Source: Paraspadella gotoi
Lineage: Eukaryota; Animalia; Chaetognatha
DNA length: 64,000 nucleotides
Assembly: GCA_051294375.1 (NCBI GenBank)
Contig: CM119271.1
Span: 10,667,376-10,731,375 of the forward strand
Reading direction: 5' to 3'
Made by a program: the position numbers and the translations under genes. The notes below the pieces were generated by a model. That model did no database searches. It saw only the letters and a list, made by a program, of their open reading frames with translations, and was not told the origin of the DNA. Numbering within the stretch: the first letter of the stretch is position 1; each line of letters opens with the position of its first letter. Positions 42,301-57,447 of the stretch are shown here, piece after piece.

Positions 42301-43082
42301 CCTGTTTATTTTGTGAAGACAACTCCTCGCGCTTGCTTCTCGGATGGTATTTTTTTTAATTCGTTAACAACCTAACTTTTAGTTTAAATCGACCGTAGAA
42401 AAGTAGCAAGAAGCGAACAAGTGTAGCTTAACTAATTGCAACGACTATTAATTTATTTAATAACAGTTTAATCGTTCAATGCTTGAAACAAAAGTTATCG
42501 CTTCTCGTCGTACCAACCCCTCCTCCTCCCATTCCTCAGTGATTGCACCGAAGATTTCGTGGTGACGCGAGAAATTTTGAAAGAGTGCGGAGTGACAGGC
42601 CCGACGTTGCAAGACTGCGCCATCGTCAAGAAAATTTGCGACGTAGTCTCCGTCAGAGCCGCGAATTTGTCCTCGTTGGGTTAGTTTTAAACTTGATTTT
42701 GACGTTGATCCAAAAAAAATCTACTTCGTAAACCGAAGCGACTCGAGTTTTTTTTTTTTGTGAACAGGAATAGCGGTAATTTTGAACCGCATGCAACGGC
42801 CTCACGCGACCGTCGGAATCGACGGTTCACTCTACCGATTCCATCCTCGTTTTCACACTTTGATGATGAACAAAATTCCAGGTTTGTGACATCCCAAGTT
42901 TACCACGACTTCCGATTCGTATGTTATTATTTTTAATTCATTTTTGATTTTTACCAGATTTGATTCTTCCATCGCTCACATTCGACCTGACCCTGTCCCA
43001 AGACGGAAGCGGGAAAGGGGCCGCGCTCATCGCCGCCGTGGTGAATAAGAAGAGAAATCCTTCGGGCCAATCGCAAACTTGA
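39362..43082 (+). CDS. Hexokinase (single ~50-kDa type); multi-exon; possible extra upstream coding exon at about 38046-38205
   Basis: [88 protein letters not shown] and [13 protein letters not shown]. Confidence 0.96.
39813..39918 (+). repeat. ~33-bp tandem repeat x 3 at the 3' end of a hexokinase intron
   Basis: Unit TTTTTGAGGAGGAATATTGCTTAATCTTTCCCC. Confidence 0.9.
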
Positions 43083-44627
43083 GAACACGTGCAACTCTTT
43101 TCTTTTTTTTTTCTTAGTCCTTCCAAGTTTTTTTTTTTGTTTTTTTTTAGTACCGAAAACAGTTACTATATATATATATCGTTTATCTATTTCGCATTTT
43201 AGTTCACAAATTGCTTTTTGTTATTCAAGAGATCTATATTCGTAAAAAAATATTTTTAGAGGCTATTATTTCGTAGGAGTTAGACGTATTTTACACAAAG
43301 ACTTAAATTGAAATTAATTTTTTCATTTAAGTTTATTGATTTAGAGCGTAAACAAACGTGCTATGCTGGTCATTAAAAAACGCGACGTATTCTACTAGAA
43401 TTTCTCAGACTCCACGCTGCGTAATGTGCACAACTCTTGTGCAAAGTTGGGTTATTGTGCTAATTTTGAGGCGAAAGTCGGTGCATTTCAGTTGAGCGAA
43501 GAATAGGGACATTAGAAGTTCATAGAAGATAAGATATGATAATCGCTTAGTTCGTATGAGAGTGAAGAATGAAGAAACCATAACTACTGAATAAGCGAGA
43601 CTTTCTTCTGAGACATTGAACATAAAAAAAACGAATATCCCAGGGGGAGAACTCTACCTTTTTAATTTGGGGAGGGGGTTGGGAGAGAGAAATATTTAAA
43701 GGGTTGTATAATTTTTCTCATCGACTTTCATATTATTCGTTTATAAACATCGGCTTAAACTCTTTTACTATCTAAAACTAGTCATGCGACTTTCTCATTT
43801 TTTAAAATATATTTTCTTGCTGTCGTTTTATACATTTTTTTCGTCCACTTTTCATGTTATGGTAGTCTTAGACGAGAGAAGCTACAGTGAAGCAGAGACC
43901 GATATATACTTCCGTACCAGATAAGTGAGTACAAGACTTTATCAGAGGCGACAAAAAATTGGATTCGGATGAAAAAGTCCAATAATGACCTCAAGTTGAA
44001 GGTTTTTCAAAATGAGGACTTTTCTTGGTAAGATATATATAAAAATCTTTGAAAAGACAGTTGCACGTATTGTTGTTTCACTTTTAATTCAGAATAACAC
44101 TTTCGCAATATGTGTCCACAAATAAAAATTTAGTATTTGAAAACTAAAAGTTTTTGTTAATTGCTCAATTTTTTTTACGTAGCGAAATTAACTATTTTGG
44201 ACCCAAAAATCCAAATCCGCAAAAACTAGTTTTTTTTACTAGTGGTTTCGTGGCAGTTTATTCGTTTAGCAATAGTATTGATCCCTATTTCAGCTATTTA
44301 TATTTTAAATTTGCCTCTTTTAAACCCAGACATCTGAAACACCAACTTTATATTCCGAACATAGATTTCGGCGATGCGACTATTGACTATCTCACCTTAC
44401 CCTCTCCTCGCCATTCGCGAGTTCGGAATCGCTCCTCGAGCCTGAAAAAAAAATCGTCATTCGTTATTTCGTATTCGGTTCTTTGTTTGACAGGAAATAA
44501 AAAAGAAAAACAAAGAAAAATAGTACTACTGTAGATCGCTTTGAAAAATGAGATTCAAATCAAGAACGAAACGTGAGAGAGAAAAAGATTCCCCGTCTCT
44601 ATTTTGAGACTCTTTCCTCTTTCGAAG

Positions 44628-47600
44628 ATGGTGTTGCCGTCGTCCTCGACCAACGCCCCCCGCTCTTCTTCCTCTTCCTCCTCCAAGCTGCTCGTCGTCC
44701 TCGCCCTCCTCGAGGGGCGCCACTTTCCGCGACGCCCGCGCCACCGCCTCCTCGTCGAGGCGCGCTTCGACGCCGAACTCCTCGCTTCTGATCCCGTCGC
44801 CCACTCGGAGTCGCCCACCATCTCGCAAGAGCTGGCCTGGCAGTTGGACAAGAAGTCGCTGAGGCAGCATCGACTGCAGAAGACCTCCATCAAGGTCACG
44901 CTCTTCGCCGTCGATGCCGACTCCTCCTCCGCCAAGGAGCAGGTGGAGAAGGGAGGAGGGGTGGTTGTTAGACTCTGAGAGTTTGATTCGTTTGGAGAGG
45001 ATAGAAGCGTCAGTGTATATTCAAATTGTCAATAAAATGTTTTTTTATTAAATGTTATTTTTCCGTTGAGGTGGGCTACTTGGTGATCCCTCTTCGTTCC
45101 GCCGGGCCGCGACCCGCGCCGCAATGGCACAGCCTCCTCTCCTCCAAATACTCGTTAAAGACGAAACCGGAAATTCGCGTCGGCGTCTACGTCGATGACG
45201 CCGACGCTACCGCCGCCACTTCCGGCGCGGACACGCAATCCTCAGCTTTTCCATCCGGCCTTGGGGAAACGACGGGGCCGAGTTATAAAGGTAGTTCACA
45301 TTACGCTTCACATTTTACTTGGCCCGGTCCCGCTTTATTACCCGCTATTATTCTGTCCAAAGATGGCTTATTTATTAAATTAATGCATAATTTTATCTTG
45401 GTTGTATGTACCAATTTTCTATTGAAAAAATACAGAATAGATAATTTAATATTTGTTGGGCATATTGCCTGAGATAAGAGAAGTATGTTCTTAAGTACCA
45501 AGAGATTCAATAGAAAATAGTAATAACAAACTTGCAATCTTTTAAAAAGATTCGACGGCTTCGGGTTTCCTCTCTTCCTCGCTGACGCCGACTCTCGACG
45601 AAGACGAAGGCTGGTATTCGATCGGACCCAAAGACGATCCCCGCAACAGAACTTTTCTCTTTTCCATCACCGTCGCCTTTGCCGCCAACTTGGTTCATCT
45701 CTTGCCTTCCAGTTGGTTTTCCGCGTGAAAGATCTGAATTGCGTGAGAATGTGAATTGTGATGGGTTCTTCTCCCGCGCTTTTTTTTATCAATATTTGTA
45801 TTTTTATGATAAACATTTTTTTTTCACGAACGAGTTACGATTATCGATCCCCCCCTTCCCTACTTTCCGCCAGACGTTCTGCCTCGAGATCCGGATTCGC
45901 CTCGCGGTTTCTTCTTCTTTTATTCTCTCTTCGGAAATTCCGTGACGACCGATCCTTTCCCAGATGCCGCCGATCCAGACTTTCCCAGTAAAAAAAACAA
46001 TGCCACGTTCATTTTTTTAGGGGGAAAAGTTTTTGCTTTATATTGCATGTTAAAAAAACTAAACTTAAGTAATGAAAAATAATTACGATAAGTAATTTAA
46101 TTGAACGAGCGTTAATTAAGAATGTAATGTGAACGATCGCCCGAATTGTGATAATTTATCGTTGAAAATAATTGGGGAAAAAAAATCCTCTCGGTGAAGC
46201 GAAGTTTTTTCCTCAAATTTGATGTCGTTAGGTTAAGTCGGACATCAAAATTGTATTAATTTTAAAAGAAATTACATCAACGTGTACGTGTAAATGAGTT
46301 TAAAGAATTTCCTTCTCATCATTTTTTTTCCCTCTTTCCCGCCAGCGGAACGCGCGTCCGTCCGCATCCGCTGCAGCATCGATCGCCTCCGCTCCTTTTT
46401 CCGCGCGCAACCTGGCATCGAGGTTCATCTCTGCTACGGCGCGCAGTCGCTGGGGAAAGCCTCGTTGCCCTTCGGAGGTCTCGTGGCCGGAAACGAGGCG
46501 GAGCTGTTCATGCAGGTGTCGCTGGTGTCATTTGTCGTATTTTCGCTCCGATTTCCTTATCTTCCCTTATTTTTTTCCGACAGCCGGTCAACATCGAAGA
46601 GACTTACCGAATCACTCCGCATCCAACCGTCGCCAAGACGGCGGCGCAAAGAGATGACTTTCCCATGGTGAGTCGGGGAAGATCGGGGGAAGAGTTTCCG
46701 GAGTGAATGAAGATTGATTACAATTTCCGGAGTGAATGAATATTAATGCATGATTACAATTTCTAAATGTAAACTGAAATTTGTTCCATCTCAGGTGGGC
46801 GTCGCCCTCTCCCTCAAATTGGACGAAAGACCAGACCCAAGTTCAATCACGAGGGCAGCGGGGGAGGCCGACGACGCGGAAGGAGTTTCTTCCGCCGCGG
46901 CGGCGGGGCCGGAGACGGAGGCGCGACCGAATATTTCCGGCGCCGAGAAACGAGAAGCGAGCGCCATCACTCTCGACGACACGGCGGATCGGCCCCCGGA
47001 GAAGGTCGCCCCACAAGGTGATTGAATATTAATGACAAGAAATGTAGTTTTGATTATATTTTTTTTAAAAATACTATTTCATTATAGGAGACGAGTCCGT
47101 GTTGTTCCTTCGTGAAGGACGAAAAGAGGGAACGGTGGATCTCGACGCCGGCGGCGACAGCGTTCGAATCTGCGGCGTCGGGCATTCCACGACGCCGACG
47201 CCCGGTTAGAATCGTACTAATTGAGTCCTAAAATTAGTAATTATTAATTAATATAGAGATGTAATTAGCTTACTCCTTTATTACCGAACGGCAGGAGTCG
47301 TTGGTCCGGGCGGGGATTCGGCGTCGCCTACCAAAGAGACGCCGCAGTCCGTTTCCTCTCGACGTCCGAAGATCCCGAAGTCACAGGATCCGCCTCCACT
47401 TCCTCCGCCGACTCTGCCGACGTTTTTGCCGACGCAACCCAAACAGGTCTTTTGATATGTCGAATTTATAAATTAGTCTCGTTTTGTGAGAGGGGTTTAA
47501 TAGACTCATTTGCATACATTCGTGTCGGCTTTGTGTCACCATGAATTTAGTACTTATGTCATTCAAGGGGTCTCCAATTGTCGATTCACGCGCGTTTTTA

Positions 47601-50432
47601 GTATATTAATTAATGATAATGATTGATTCAGAGTTTGGGACATTTAGCAATATTTACTATCAATAATTGATATTAGGTTTAAAATCGTATTTTCAATTTA
47701 GATCGTCGAGTCTGTGAAAACGCCGCCATCCGTCCCACCTTCCTCCCATCATTTCTCCTGCAGCGTCGATCTTCGATCTTTCCACGATTTGAAAACGTTG
47801 CTGACGAAAGATTCTTATCTTTTCTTTCGTTATCATTACCCCTTTTTCGGTTTCTCCGAAGCCATTCACATCTTTCCCGCCATCAAGGTAAATGGTCAAC
47901 TCTTTTAGTTGACATCATTGGAGCGACTTAACGATCCGATCTTTCCTTTATCTCAGCCGACTCCCTTCACCGACACGATGATACCCAACGGTTTTTGCGC
48001 TTTCGACTTCGCCTCTCCGCTCCCTCAATTGGAACACACGTTTCATAATCAACCGTTCATGCTGGAACTGTGGGGTCGATCCGCGGCCAGGTGAGAGAAG
48101 AGAGAATCAAGTTAATGGAGAAACGAAAAAATCAACGCCACACTCTCCCACCACCTTTGACAGCGGTCACCCGAATGCCCCGCAAATAGTCGATCCACGA
48201 TCGGACGCTCTTTTGGGCGTGGCCAAGCTTCCCCTCCTCCCCTTGTTGCAATCCCCCACCACCATCATCTCCCACGCCGCCGAGGTCAAGCGTCGGAGTT
48301 TCAACGCCAAAATCCCCGTCGTCTCCATCCCTACGTCCGCCGAGAGTCAGACACCGCCTCTGGGTGAAGTCGCCGTCTTCCTCTGCCTCGACGACCTCGG
48401 GTTCTTCCGACCGCCGGAGCCGCCGACGCCGCCGGCACCGGCACCGAAGACGGCGGACGCGGCGACGGCGACTTCCGACGCCGAACGGGAAACGCGTCCG
48501 GCGGCGAGAGAGACCCCGGAATACAAGGCGGCGCTGGAGCTGGAATTGTGGAAGGAGACGCAGAAGGAGGCGTTCGAGGAAAGTTTGAAGAGAAAGGAGC
48601 AGGAGCATTTGCAGGTTCGTTTGGTGAAAGGGAATGGGGTGTCGTTTTTAACATGTGTGGTCCTTGCATGTGGTCATCTTTCGACAGGCCATTTCGGAAG
48701 AGTACAAACGACGAGAGCGAGAACGCGAGCTGACGATGCGGAAACGAATCGCGGATTATTCCGAGTTGGAGACGCGATTGCGAGAGACGCTGGCGGATTT
48801 GGAAGCGAGGCAAAAGACTCTTCTACAGGCGGAGAAGGAGGCGGAGAAGTTCAAAGAGGAGGCGAAGCGAGAGCATCAGGCTCGACTGGTGGAGGTGGAG
48901 GCTGTTGCCAGGAGAAAGGCCGAGGATTTCGAGCATAAGGTCTTTTTTTTTTGTGGATGTTAATCTCGCTGGATGTCGATTTAGCAGTTGAGCTTTATTA
49001 AATTTATTGTTAAAACAACAGATAGCGTTGGAGAAGAAAAACTCGAAAGGTTTGGAGGATCAAATAAAGAGGTTGCAAGGGGATTTGGTTGAAGCCGGAC
49101 GGAAACTAGAAACGTCGGACAAAGCGTTGGAATCGCTGAAACTGTCGCAACAGCAACAACCGGAGGTCGTGTTGCAGAGAGAAGTGAACAAATTGACGGC
49201 GGAGATTAGCCAGTTGGAGAAAAAGCTCGAGGCCGGTGAGTGGGTCGTCGGTTTGGCCGTGGGCGGTGCGGTTCCGGTGGGCTGTTTGTATTTGATTTTC
49301 GTCCTTTATTTTGTCAGCTGCCAAGTCCAAGGCTCACTACAAACAGCAGTGGGGTCGCGCGTTGAAGGAATTGGCGAGATTCAAGCAGAAAGAAGCGGAA
49401 GGAGCGAAAGAGCGATTGAGGATACAGGAGCACGAGTTGGAGCATCTGAGGTGAGTTGGAGCAACGGAGGTGAGTTTTCGGTTTGACTCGTAACGGGGGG
49501 GAAGGAAAAGGGAATGAGTGGCGCGGGGAAGGGAGTTGGAAATTATCAAATTGGTACAATAAATTTCAAAATTATCCATTTTTTTATTAAACAAGCTTTG
49601 GTAGTTGGGCTCCTGTCTTTGAAATGGCTATGGTGCGTGATTGCATCAAGGTCATCGTGTCAAAAAAAGCTTTCCGTTGGGAATACATTCGAACAAAGTT
49701 AACTTTTTTGCGAATCATACATGATCTGAATAGTGAACCGAGGTGATCGGTAGAAATTTTAATGATTAAGGAGTTGAATCTGGTTTAATGCTTGTGTAAG
49801 TTTAAATGATTTAATTATGGGGTAAAATAAGTACTAATTGCTGGTACAACAGAAGAAATGAGCTTGCAGTAGTGACCGACACAAGATCAAGAAAATCTTG
49901 TGACAGATCGCAGAGAAATAATGGCCGAAAAAAAGAAGGGGGGGGTTTAAAAGAGTGCTAGGGGAAGATTCCTGTCGCAACACGTTTTCCTTTAATTTTC
50001 ATCATCTTGTGCGGCAATGAATGAAAACCAAACTTATTCCAAAGGCTTCGCTACCTCGTCGCCGAGGAAAGAGGCGTGTCCAACGCCGAACACCGGCAGA
50101 TGCAAGACTTGAAGGAGGAAATCGCGGCGCTCAAACTCGCCAACCAACGTTTTCTTCCCGTCGATCCAAACTTCGCGCGTGGCACCCGCGTCGAAAACGA
50201 CGGCAACAACAACAACGACAACGAGGAAAGCAACAAGAACCGAATTGTCGCGGATTCGCCGATGACCGTCGACGAAGACATCGCTCGTCTCGTCGAGGAG
50301 AGAGACGCGTTGCTTCAAACCGGCGTCTACTCTGACGGAGACAGAGTCATTCGCGATCTCGATCGTCGAATAAAGGAGAAAATGGCGCGAGGGATGACGT
50401 CGCGGAATCCGTTGACGTCGCTGGTCACGTGA
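44628..50432 (+). CDS. CEP120: Centrosomal protein of 120 kDa (C2 domains + coiled coil); multi-exon
   Basis: [100 protein letters not shown] and [16 protein letters not shown]. Confidence 0.94.
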
Positions 50433-51177
50433 CGTCCTCGCTGGTCACGTGACACCGTCGCTTATCGAGTGACGATTGTTTTTCTTTTTTGTTTTTCTTT
50501 TTTCTTACCACCTCGTTGTCTTAGATTTTAGAATTTTTCAATGAGCCTTAAAATAATGCGGATTAAACTGGACTATGTCTACATATATATGCAGCTCGAT
50601 TTTTTTTCCTGCTATGTATATTGTTTAAAGATAGCCTAGTGCAAGGCTGGATAGAGGGTTCCGCGTTGGAATCTTAAAATTGTGATTATTTAGGGCCCCT
50701 TCACTTATCTTTATTGAAAGCTATTTACTTTTTTAATTTTTTATTGTTAAAAGCCGTTAACAATTCTGTTTTAACTTTATGAAGCAATACTTGTTTCCTT
50801 TACAACAGCGAAATCACTCTGCACGAAAAGATTAAAAAAAACTTATACTAGTCACAAAAAAAATAAACAAATTTCACCATCACTCAACTCAGTCACTCAA
50901 GAGATCATTTAAAAAGAAAGACAACCGTCGAAAAAAAAAAATTATCTGTGATATATCTCCTCGACGGAAGACCAAGACTTCTTCCAAGACTTTCTCTTTT
51001 GGTTTTAAATTAAATTCCATTACGCATTAAAACAACCCCCCCAAAAAAAATACGTAATAATATTTGGTAATTTTAAACTATACTTCCGAGCCAAATCAAA
51101 CTCGCCTCAGGATCGAGAGAGAGAGAGAGAGAGGGAATGAACGAAGGAAAAATCCTGAGCTTCTCTCCACGATCGAC

Positions 51178-53500
51178 ATGCGATCGTCTCTTCCTCCTTT
51201 TCCTCTTTTTCTTTGGTGTCACTTTTGTTTCTTTATCTCCACCGCGCGAGCGCCCTCTCCGGGCGACGGAATGAAGACGTCCCATTCGGTCCGTTCGTCC
51301 GTCTCCGAACGCGACGCGGACGCGGCTGCGGCCGCCGCCGCCTACGGACCCTTCTGGTCCCCCACGGCCGACGCGGCCTGCCCCTCCGCCTGTTTCTGCG
51401 AGTCGCCGGATCAGGCGACTTGCGTCGGGTCCCGTGTCAAGGTCGTCCCCGTCAAACTCAACCCTTACGTCCGCGAGTTGGAGATCGTCGACGCTTCCCT
51501 CGTCAGCGTCCGCACCGACGCCTTCAAGTTCTTCCCGCGGCTGCGTCGACTGGCGCTCGTCAACTGCTCCGTCGTCAAGCTGGAGGCGTTTGCCTTTCGC
51601 GGACTCGTCGAGCTGGAGACGCTGGAGTTCAGCCTCAATCCGCTGACGCACCTTCCAAGATACGCCTTTTCGGGACTCTTCAACGTTAAGGTCGGTTGTG
51701 AGAATGTTAGGGAGTTCGGTCGTTAATAATTGCGTCTGTATTGCGTGCGAAGGATCCATTTCCACCCGCCCCCGAATATCTGTAAGAGATGATTATTTAA
51801 TATGATCTTAAATATGATCTTATATATCTCCCAGTTAATCAACCTGACCCACAACGGAATCAAACGCGTGCATTCCCTGGCGTTCGAGTCGACCTCCTTC
51901 GTCCAGCGTCTCCTCCTCCTCCACAACCCGCTGAGCCACATCTCCGCCCGTTCATTCGCGGGTCTCTCCCACGTTGACGCCCTCGTCATCTCCGACGTCG
52001 ATGCCCCCACGCCCATCGCCACCCTCGAGCCCGACGCCTTCTTCGGGCTTAGTCACGTCAAGGATCTCCATCTGGCGGGGACGCCGATGACGAGGTTGAG
52101 AAGAGAGCTAAAGGAAATTAAGGAAAAGAATTGAAGGAAAGAATGGAGAGAGAAAGAATCAAAGAAAGACAGAATCAATGAATCAATGAATAAATAAATA
52201 AATTCAATCAATCAGACAAAGAAAGAAAAATATGGAAAAGAAATTTAATCTTGGAGGGGTATTGAAGGCGTGAGGAAATAGAGGGAAAAATCGTATATTT
52301 CGCGAAGAGTAGAAACTGGAGAATGTATCGCTTGACAAAATATAACGAGGGGCAGGAGGAAAGACGAGGAAGAGGATAATGGGACGTCAAGATAAATCCT
52401 CCTCCGTTAATTAACAAAATTGATCTCTCCCAAACCCTCTCTTTTAAAAGATTGACCCCGTTCTCCTTCCGCGGTCTCCGCAACGTCGGCCACATGTACC
52501 TCCAGAGGTCAAAGGTCGTCGTCGTCGAGTCCCACGCGTTTTCCGGCCTCAACGACGTCGGTTACGTTCACCTCGACGACTGCAACATCCGACACATTCA
52601 GGTATGAATGGGGGGGGCGCTTCCAGATCGGGCGTGACCACCGACCAACCTTTTGAGTGAAGTCGTAAATGATCTCGAAACGACTTCCCGTTAGGCGGCG
52701 GGATTCGCGGACATGACGAACGTTTCCTACGTGGACCTCAGCAAGAATCGTCTCTACGAACTCACCCCGGAGAGCATGGAGGGCGTGGACGCGGCCGTGG
52801 GGCATCTCGATCTCATGGAGAATCCTTGGCACTGCAACTGCAGCATCCATTGGATGCATAAGGTTCGGGTGGTGGGATAATGGCTCGGAAATTGTTGTAT
52901 CAAATTGATAAGTGATATTAGCTCCTTTTAAAAATATAAGTACATAAGTGTATTATTAACTGAAGACGCGATTCGTGATCTCAGGCGGCGAATCAGTTGG
53001 ACGACGAGGACGTGACGGTTTTGACTCGAAGCATGATGTCCCTTCGGTGTCACACGCCGCCGGAAATGCGCGGGCGCTACCTGGCTCAGCTGGACGATCG
53101 GGTCATGCGGTGCCCCACCGTCGCCGTCGAGCGGCGCGCCCGGGAAGGCGACGCCCCCGTCGCCGCTTCCGGCGTCCCCAAAACAACCGCGTCCGGACCC
53201 GGCGCCGTATTTTTTGGCGCTCTCGTTATTTTAATCTCGGGTCGGACGACGGGTGGGTTCCCTTCGTTACGATGGGAAACGTCGTCGTCGCCGTACTCGT
53301 TTACTCATTGGATAACATATTTATTCGTTTATTTATTCGTGTCGTATCATTACGTGTTTATTATCGAAACTCTTTGCGATATCATCCGTTTTTCCAAGGA
53401 AAGCGTGCTGAGTTTTTCTATTGTTTGTTTCGGTTTTTTGTTTTTTTTCGCGCTGATCTCACGACGGAAGAGCGATTCCCCTTTACTTTTATTGATTTAA
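51178..53500 (+). CDS. Secreted or cell-surface leucine-rich repeat protein; about 5 exons; 3' end uncertain
   Basis: Signal-peptide-like N-terminus, LRRNT CPSACFC, repeated LxxLxLxxN/AF.GL units, LRRCT NPWHCNCSIHWM...LRCHTPPEMRG, and a hydrophobic C-terminus. Confidence 0.85.
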
Positions 53501-54942
53501 TTTTATTCGAATAGGGTTTTTTTTTATTTGTTCGTACGATTTTGAATACAGATCATCGTTCGTAGAGCATAATAATTTTTTCGTCCGTGGCAAATAGTCG
53601 AATAGGATATATTGCCTAAAAATATTTATCATGCCAACTGAGCGGCTTTGAAGAATCGTCGGTCCTTTTTTTTTTTAAATTGATTTTAGAAGAAAATTAT
53701 TTCAAAAGTTTTTTGATTTGAATGAATATCCTCATCTCCGATTTTACATGGTTATTGGTTAATAACAAGGGTTAAAATGGTGTGTCGTTTGTCAGTATGA
53801 AAGTGTGGGAGATTAAATACAAAATAACTTTTTAAATCGATTTTAACAATTGAGAAACAAATTTCTCTTAGTCTAAATATTATTTTTTTTAATTCTTAGC
53901 TTAAGTTAGCAATGTATATAAATATAATTATTTCTGCAATAGTTCCATATATATTTATATACGGACTGATGATTACAACTAGCCTTAAAAACTTTTCCCA
54001 ATCTTTCTTTACGGATTCAGGTTTTTTTTAGACAAGCTTTTTTATACGTTTTTATTTTGAAAAAATTCGCAAAGTTTTTACATATTTTTTTTTCGTCCTA
54101 ATGTTTGTGGAATGGAGATTTCAAAGAAAATATATTTTGTCCGGTTCTGTTTTTTGTTTTATTTTTAGTTTTATCATCCTTATACTTGGACAATTTGTTG
54201 CTAGTTAACTTTTACAATATAAGAGGCGTTTTGTCTCTTCAAAATTGTTTCAAAATTTATATCCATGTAGTGCAAACCGCCGTTATACTCCCTTTTGTTA
54301 CTACAACTATGATAAAACAGTGTTGAATTCAATTGTCTCTCAGTACCTCTATTCTCGCCAAGATTTTCCTGAACCCAAAGTTTGTTTCTAAACTTCATCC
54401 AGATTTCAGAGACGGTGGTATCACAGTCATCCTTGATTGATACGCTGGCTAATAAAAAATATTTTTCAAATACTTTTTCACGCGACAGTAAAAAAAATTG
54501 TGATTAATATGCGAAAAATTTTCTTTACCTAAGGGTTCGTATTTTGGCCGAGTCGAGCATTTCCGTATTATGGGTACTGAACCTCTCTCATACTTTCTAT
54601 TCTGTGATTCCCTAATTTAAAACAAAAACAAAACTATTACTATTATTGACATGGTTGGAAAGAAATGGGCCCCTTGTGCTACGAAGATTACATTAACCCC
54701 GAGTAAAAAAAAAAATTGCTAAAAAAAGATAACTTTTTCGCCCGCCTCTTTCCAATAATCGGCTATTATCCCCTCAAATTCTTGACGATTTTTTTTTTTC
54801 GCCTTAAAAAGTATTATTTAATGAAAGGGAGTCAACTCTATATTTTCGTTTGTGCTGCGCCATTAAACATACGATATTTTAAGGTTTTTTTCCGGATCTC
54901 GAATCTCTCTCCAGCCGAATACAATCATTTTTATTATACGGC

Positions 54943-54975
<33 letters not shown>

Positions 54976-55174
54976 TTGATCGCATTAACATTTACAAATC
55001 CAAATAACTCATACTTACGTGTACTCAAAAAAATAAATGTTTCTTTCACCGAAAAACCGATTCCCGTTTTTTTTTCGGATTTCTTCCTACAGAAAAAGTT
55101 ATGACAACGAAACGTTGGATCGTTTGGGTCCATAAATAAATAATCCTTTTTGCTCAAAATCGTCGACTCTCGCG

Positions 55175-57089
55175 ATGCACAAAATCGTAACTCGTCTTCC
55201 GCGCGCGAGGCTCGTCGATGGCGCCCGTCGATGCCTCTCGACTAACGTGGAGACGGATGCTTCAACGACACCCTCGACCACCTCGCCCGCACCCCTCTTC
55301 ACCCCCGAGCATCGACAGCTGCAAGAGACGGTTCGTCGCATCGTCGAGACTGAGGTCAATCCTTTCGTCGAGGAGTGGGAGGCAGCAGGACGATTTCCGG
55401 CCCACGAAGTCTTCAAGACTTTCGGCGACGCTGGACTCTTGGGCCTGACGAAACCAGTAGAGTTCGGCGGAGCGGGGCTCGATTACAGGTGTCCGGCTGG
55501 GGTCGGGCTGAGTTCGGGCAAAACTTGTCGTGATTACGACGATTACGCGATTCTTTCACTTTTCAACTCGTTCACCCATTCGTTCACTCACTCATTCACG
55601 CAATCATTTATTCATCGTGCATTCACTCTTAACCCTTGACCCGATCTCCCAGTTTCGCCGTCGCCTTCGCCGAAGAACTCGGCTCCGTCCGATGCGGCGC
55701 CATTCCGATGGCCATCGGCGTTCAGACCGACATGTCGACGCCGGCGCTTGCGAGATTCGGCAGCGACGACCTCAAAAAGCAATTCCTCGAACCATCCAGT
55801 AAGATTTCAGGGGAGATTATTAATCAATAACAACGATATTAATTGATTAAATAATTAATTTAGTCGCGGGAGACTTGGTCTCCTGCATCGGCGTCTCGGA
55901 AGTGGGCGCGGGTTCCGACGTCGCCAGCATCAAAACGACAGCGACGCGACGAGGAGACGATCTCGTCGTCAACGGCGGGAAAATGTGGATCACGAACGGG
56001 AGCCAAGCCGGTGGGTAAGGGCGAATTGTCAGATTAAGTCTAAGAGGGGAAGGCAATAAAACCTGTCGTTTTTTTTTTCTTCAAAGATTGGATGTGCCTT
56101 CTCGCTAACACGAGCGAGGGACCAGCTCATCGGAACAAGTCATTGATTTGTTTACCGCTCAATTTGCCCGGAGTTCACGTCGCGAAAACTGTGAGTGAAT
56201 TTTTGGTTCGGGAATTTAAACTTTTTTTTTTTAATGAACTCACTTGTTTACTTGTTCATTTGTCTAAATTCCTACGTTAGATCGATAAACTCGGTATGCG
56301 AAGTTCCGACACGGCGCAAATCTTTTTCGAAGACGTGAAGGTGCCAGTAACGCACATCATCGGTGAACCGGGATTCGGATTTACTTATCAGGTTTCGCCA
56401 TCTTGAATTACTTTTGTTTAGGTTTTTTTTTTTTTTTTGGGCGTCGATAATAAATTCCAATCCATTTCCTGGTTAGATGTTGCAATTTCAAGAAGAGCGC
56501 CTCTTCGGCGCCGCGAGTGTCATCAAAGCGATGGACATCCTCATCCAAGAAACTGCTGACTACACCCGAGAACGCAAGGCCTTCGGCGGACCAGTGTTGA
56601 ACAACCAAAGCGTTCATTTCAAGCTCGCCGAGCTCGCCACGGAAGTTGAGGCTTTGAGATCGTTGGTGTATAGGTTGGTTAATAAATGTAATAAAATTAA
56701 AATGTAATAAAATAAATGTAAAATGCAGGAGCTAAATCTTTCTTCCTTCAAAAGATGCGTCGCTGAATACATTTCCGGAAATGACGTGACGATGATGGCA
56801 TCAATGGCCAAGTTGAAGGCGGGAAGATTGGGTCGTCAAGTCACCGACGCTTGCCTGCAATATTGGGGCGGAATGGGATTCACCAACGAAGTGGCCGTCA
56901 GCAGGTAAAATACAAAACAATTATGCCTTTTTTGTCTCGTGATTGAGTTCCTTGATCACAACTTAACTTTTCATTTTCAGAGCGTATCGTGATTTCCGTT
57001 TGATTTCCATCGGTGGCGGAACCGACGAAGTCATGTTATCCATCATCTGCAAATACATGGACTTGTTACCATCGAAACCTAAAAGTTAA
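55175..57089 (+). CDS. Mitochondrial acyl-CoA dehydrogenase family protein; about 8 exons
   Basis: Transit-like N-terminus, [71 protein letters not shown] and [17 protein letters not shown]. Confidence 0.94.
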
Positions 57090-57447
57090 TCGGGCGCGGG
57101 ACTCGGGGAACCGCTCCAGTTTTTTTTTTTCTTTACGGATTCGCTCATTTTATACATAATTTGTTGAAAGTCATTATCATTGGTTTTTATTGGTTTCTCT
57201 GTGATTTCGATCGATCGTTATACAAATCGTTTCTCTACTTTTAAAAGGAGGCAACAAAAAAACTGCAATACATAGAAATTGCGTTCTGCGTCAGGATTCC
57301 TTTTCGCTATCTCATCGCGCCATGATGAGATAAAAATAAAGAGGAAAATGAAGATTATTTTAACTAATTAAATTAGGAGAAAAACTTATAAAACTCACAC
57401 CATCGTCTGCCTCCCTTGCCTCCGTCCTCTGCCATGCGGGTGCGAGG

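Noticed and set aside
43860-44005. Possible spliced-leader RNA gene (Sm-like AATTTTTTG on the minus strand)
   Set aside because: No convincing donor-containing stem-loop arrangement, and such motifs are common in AT-rich DNA.
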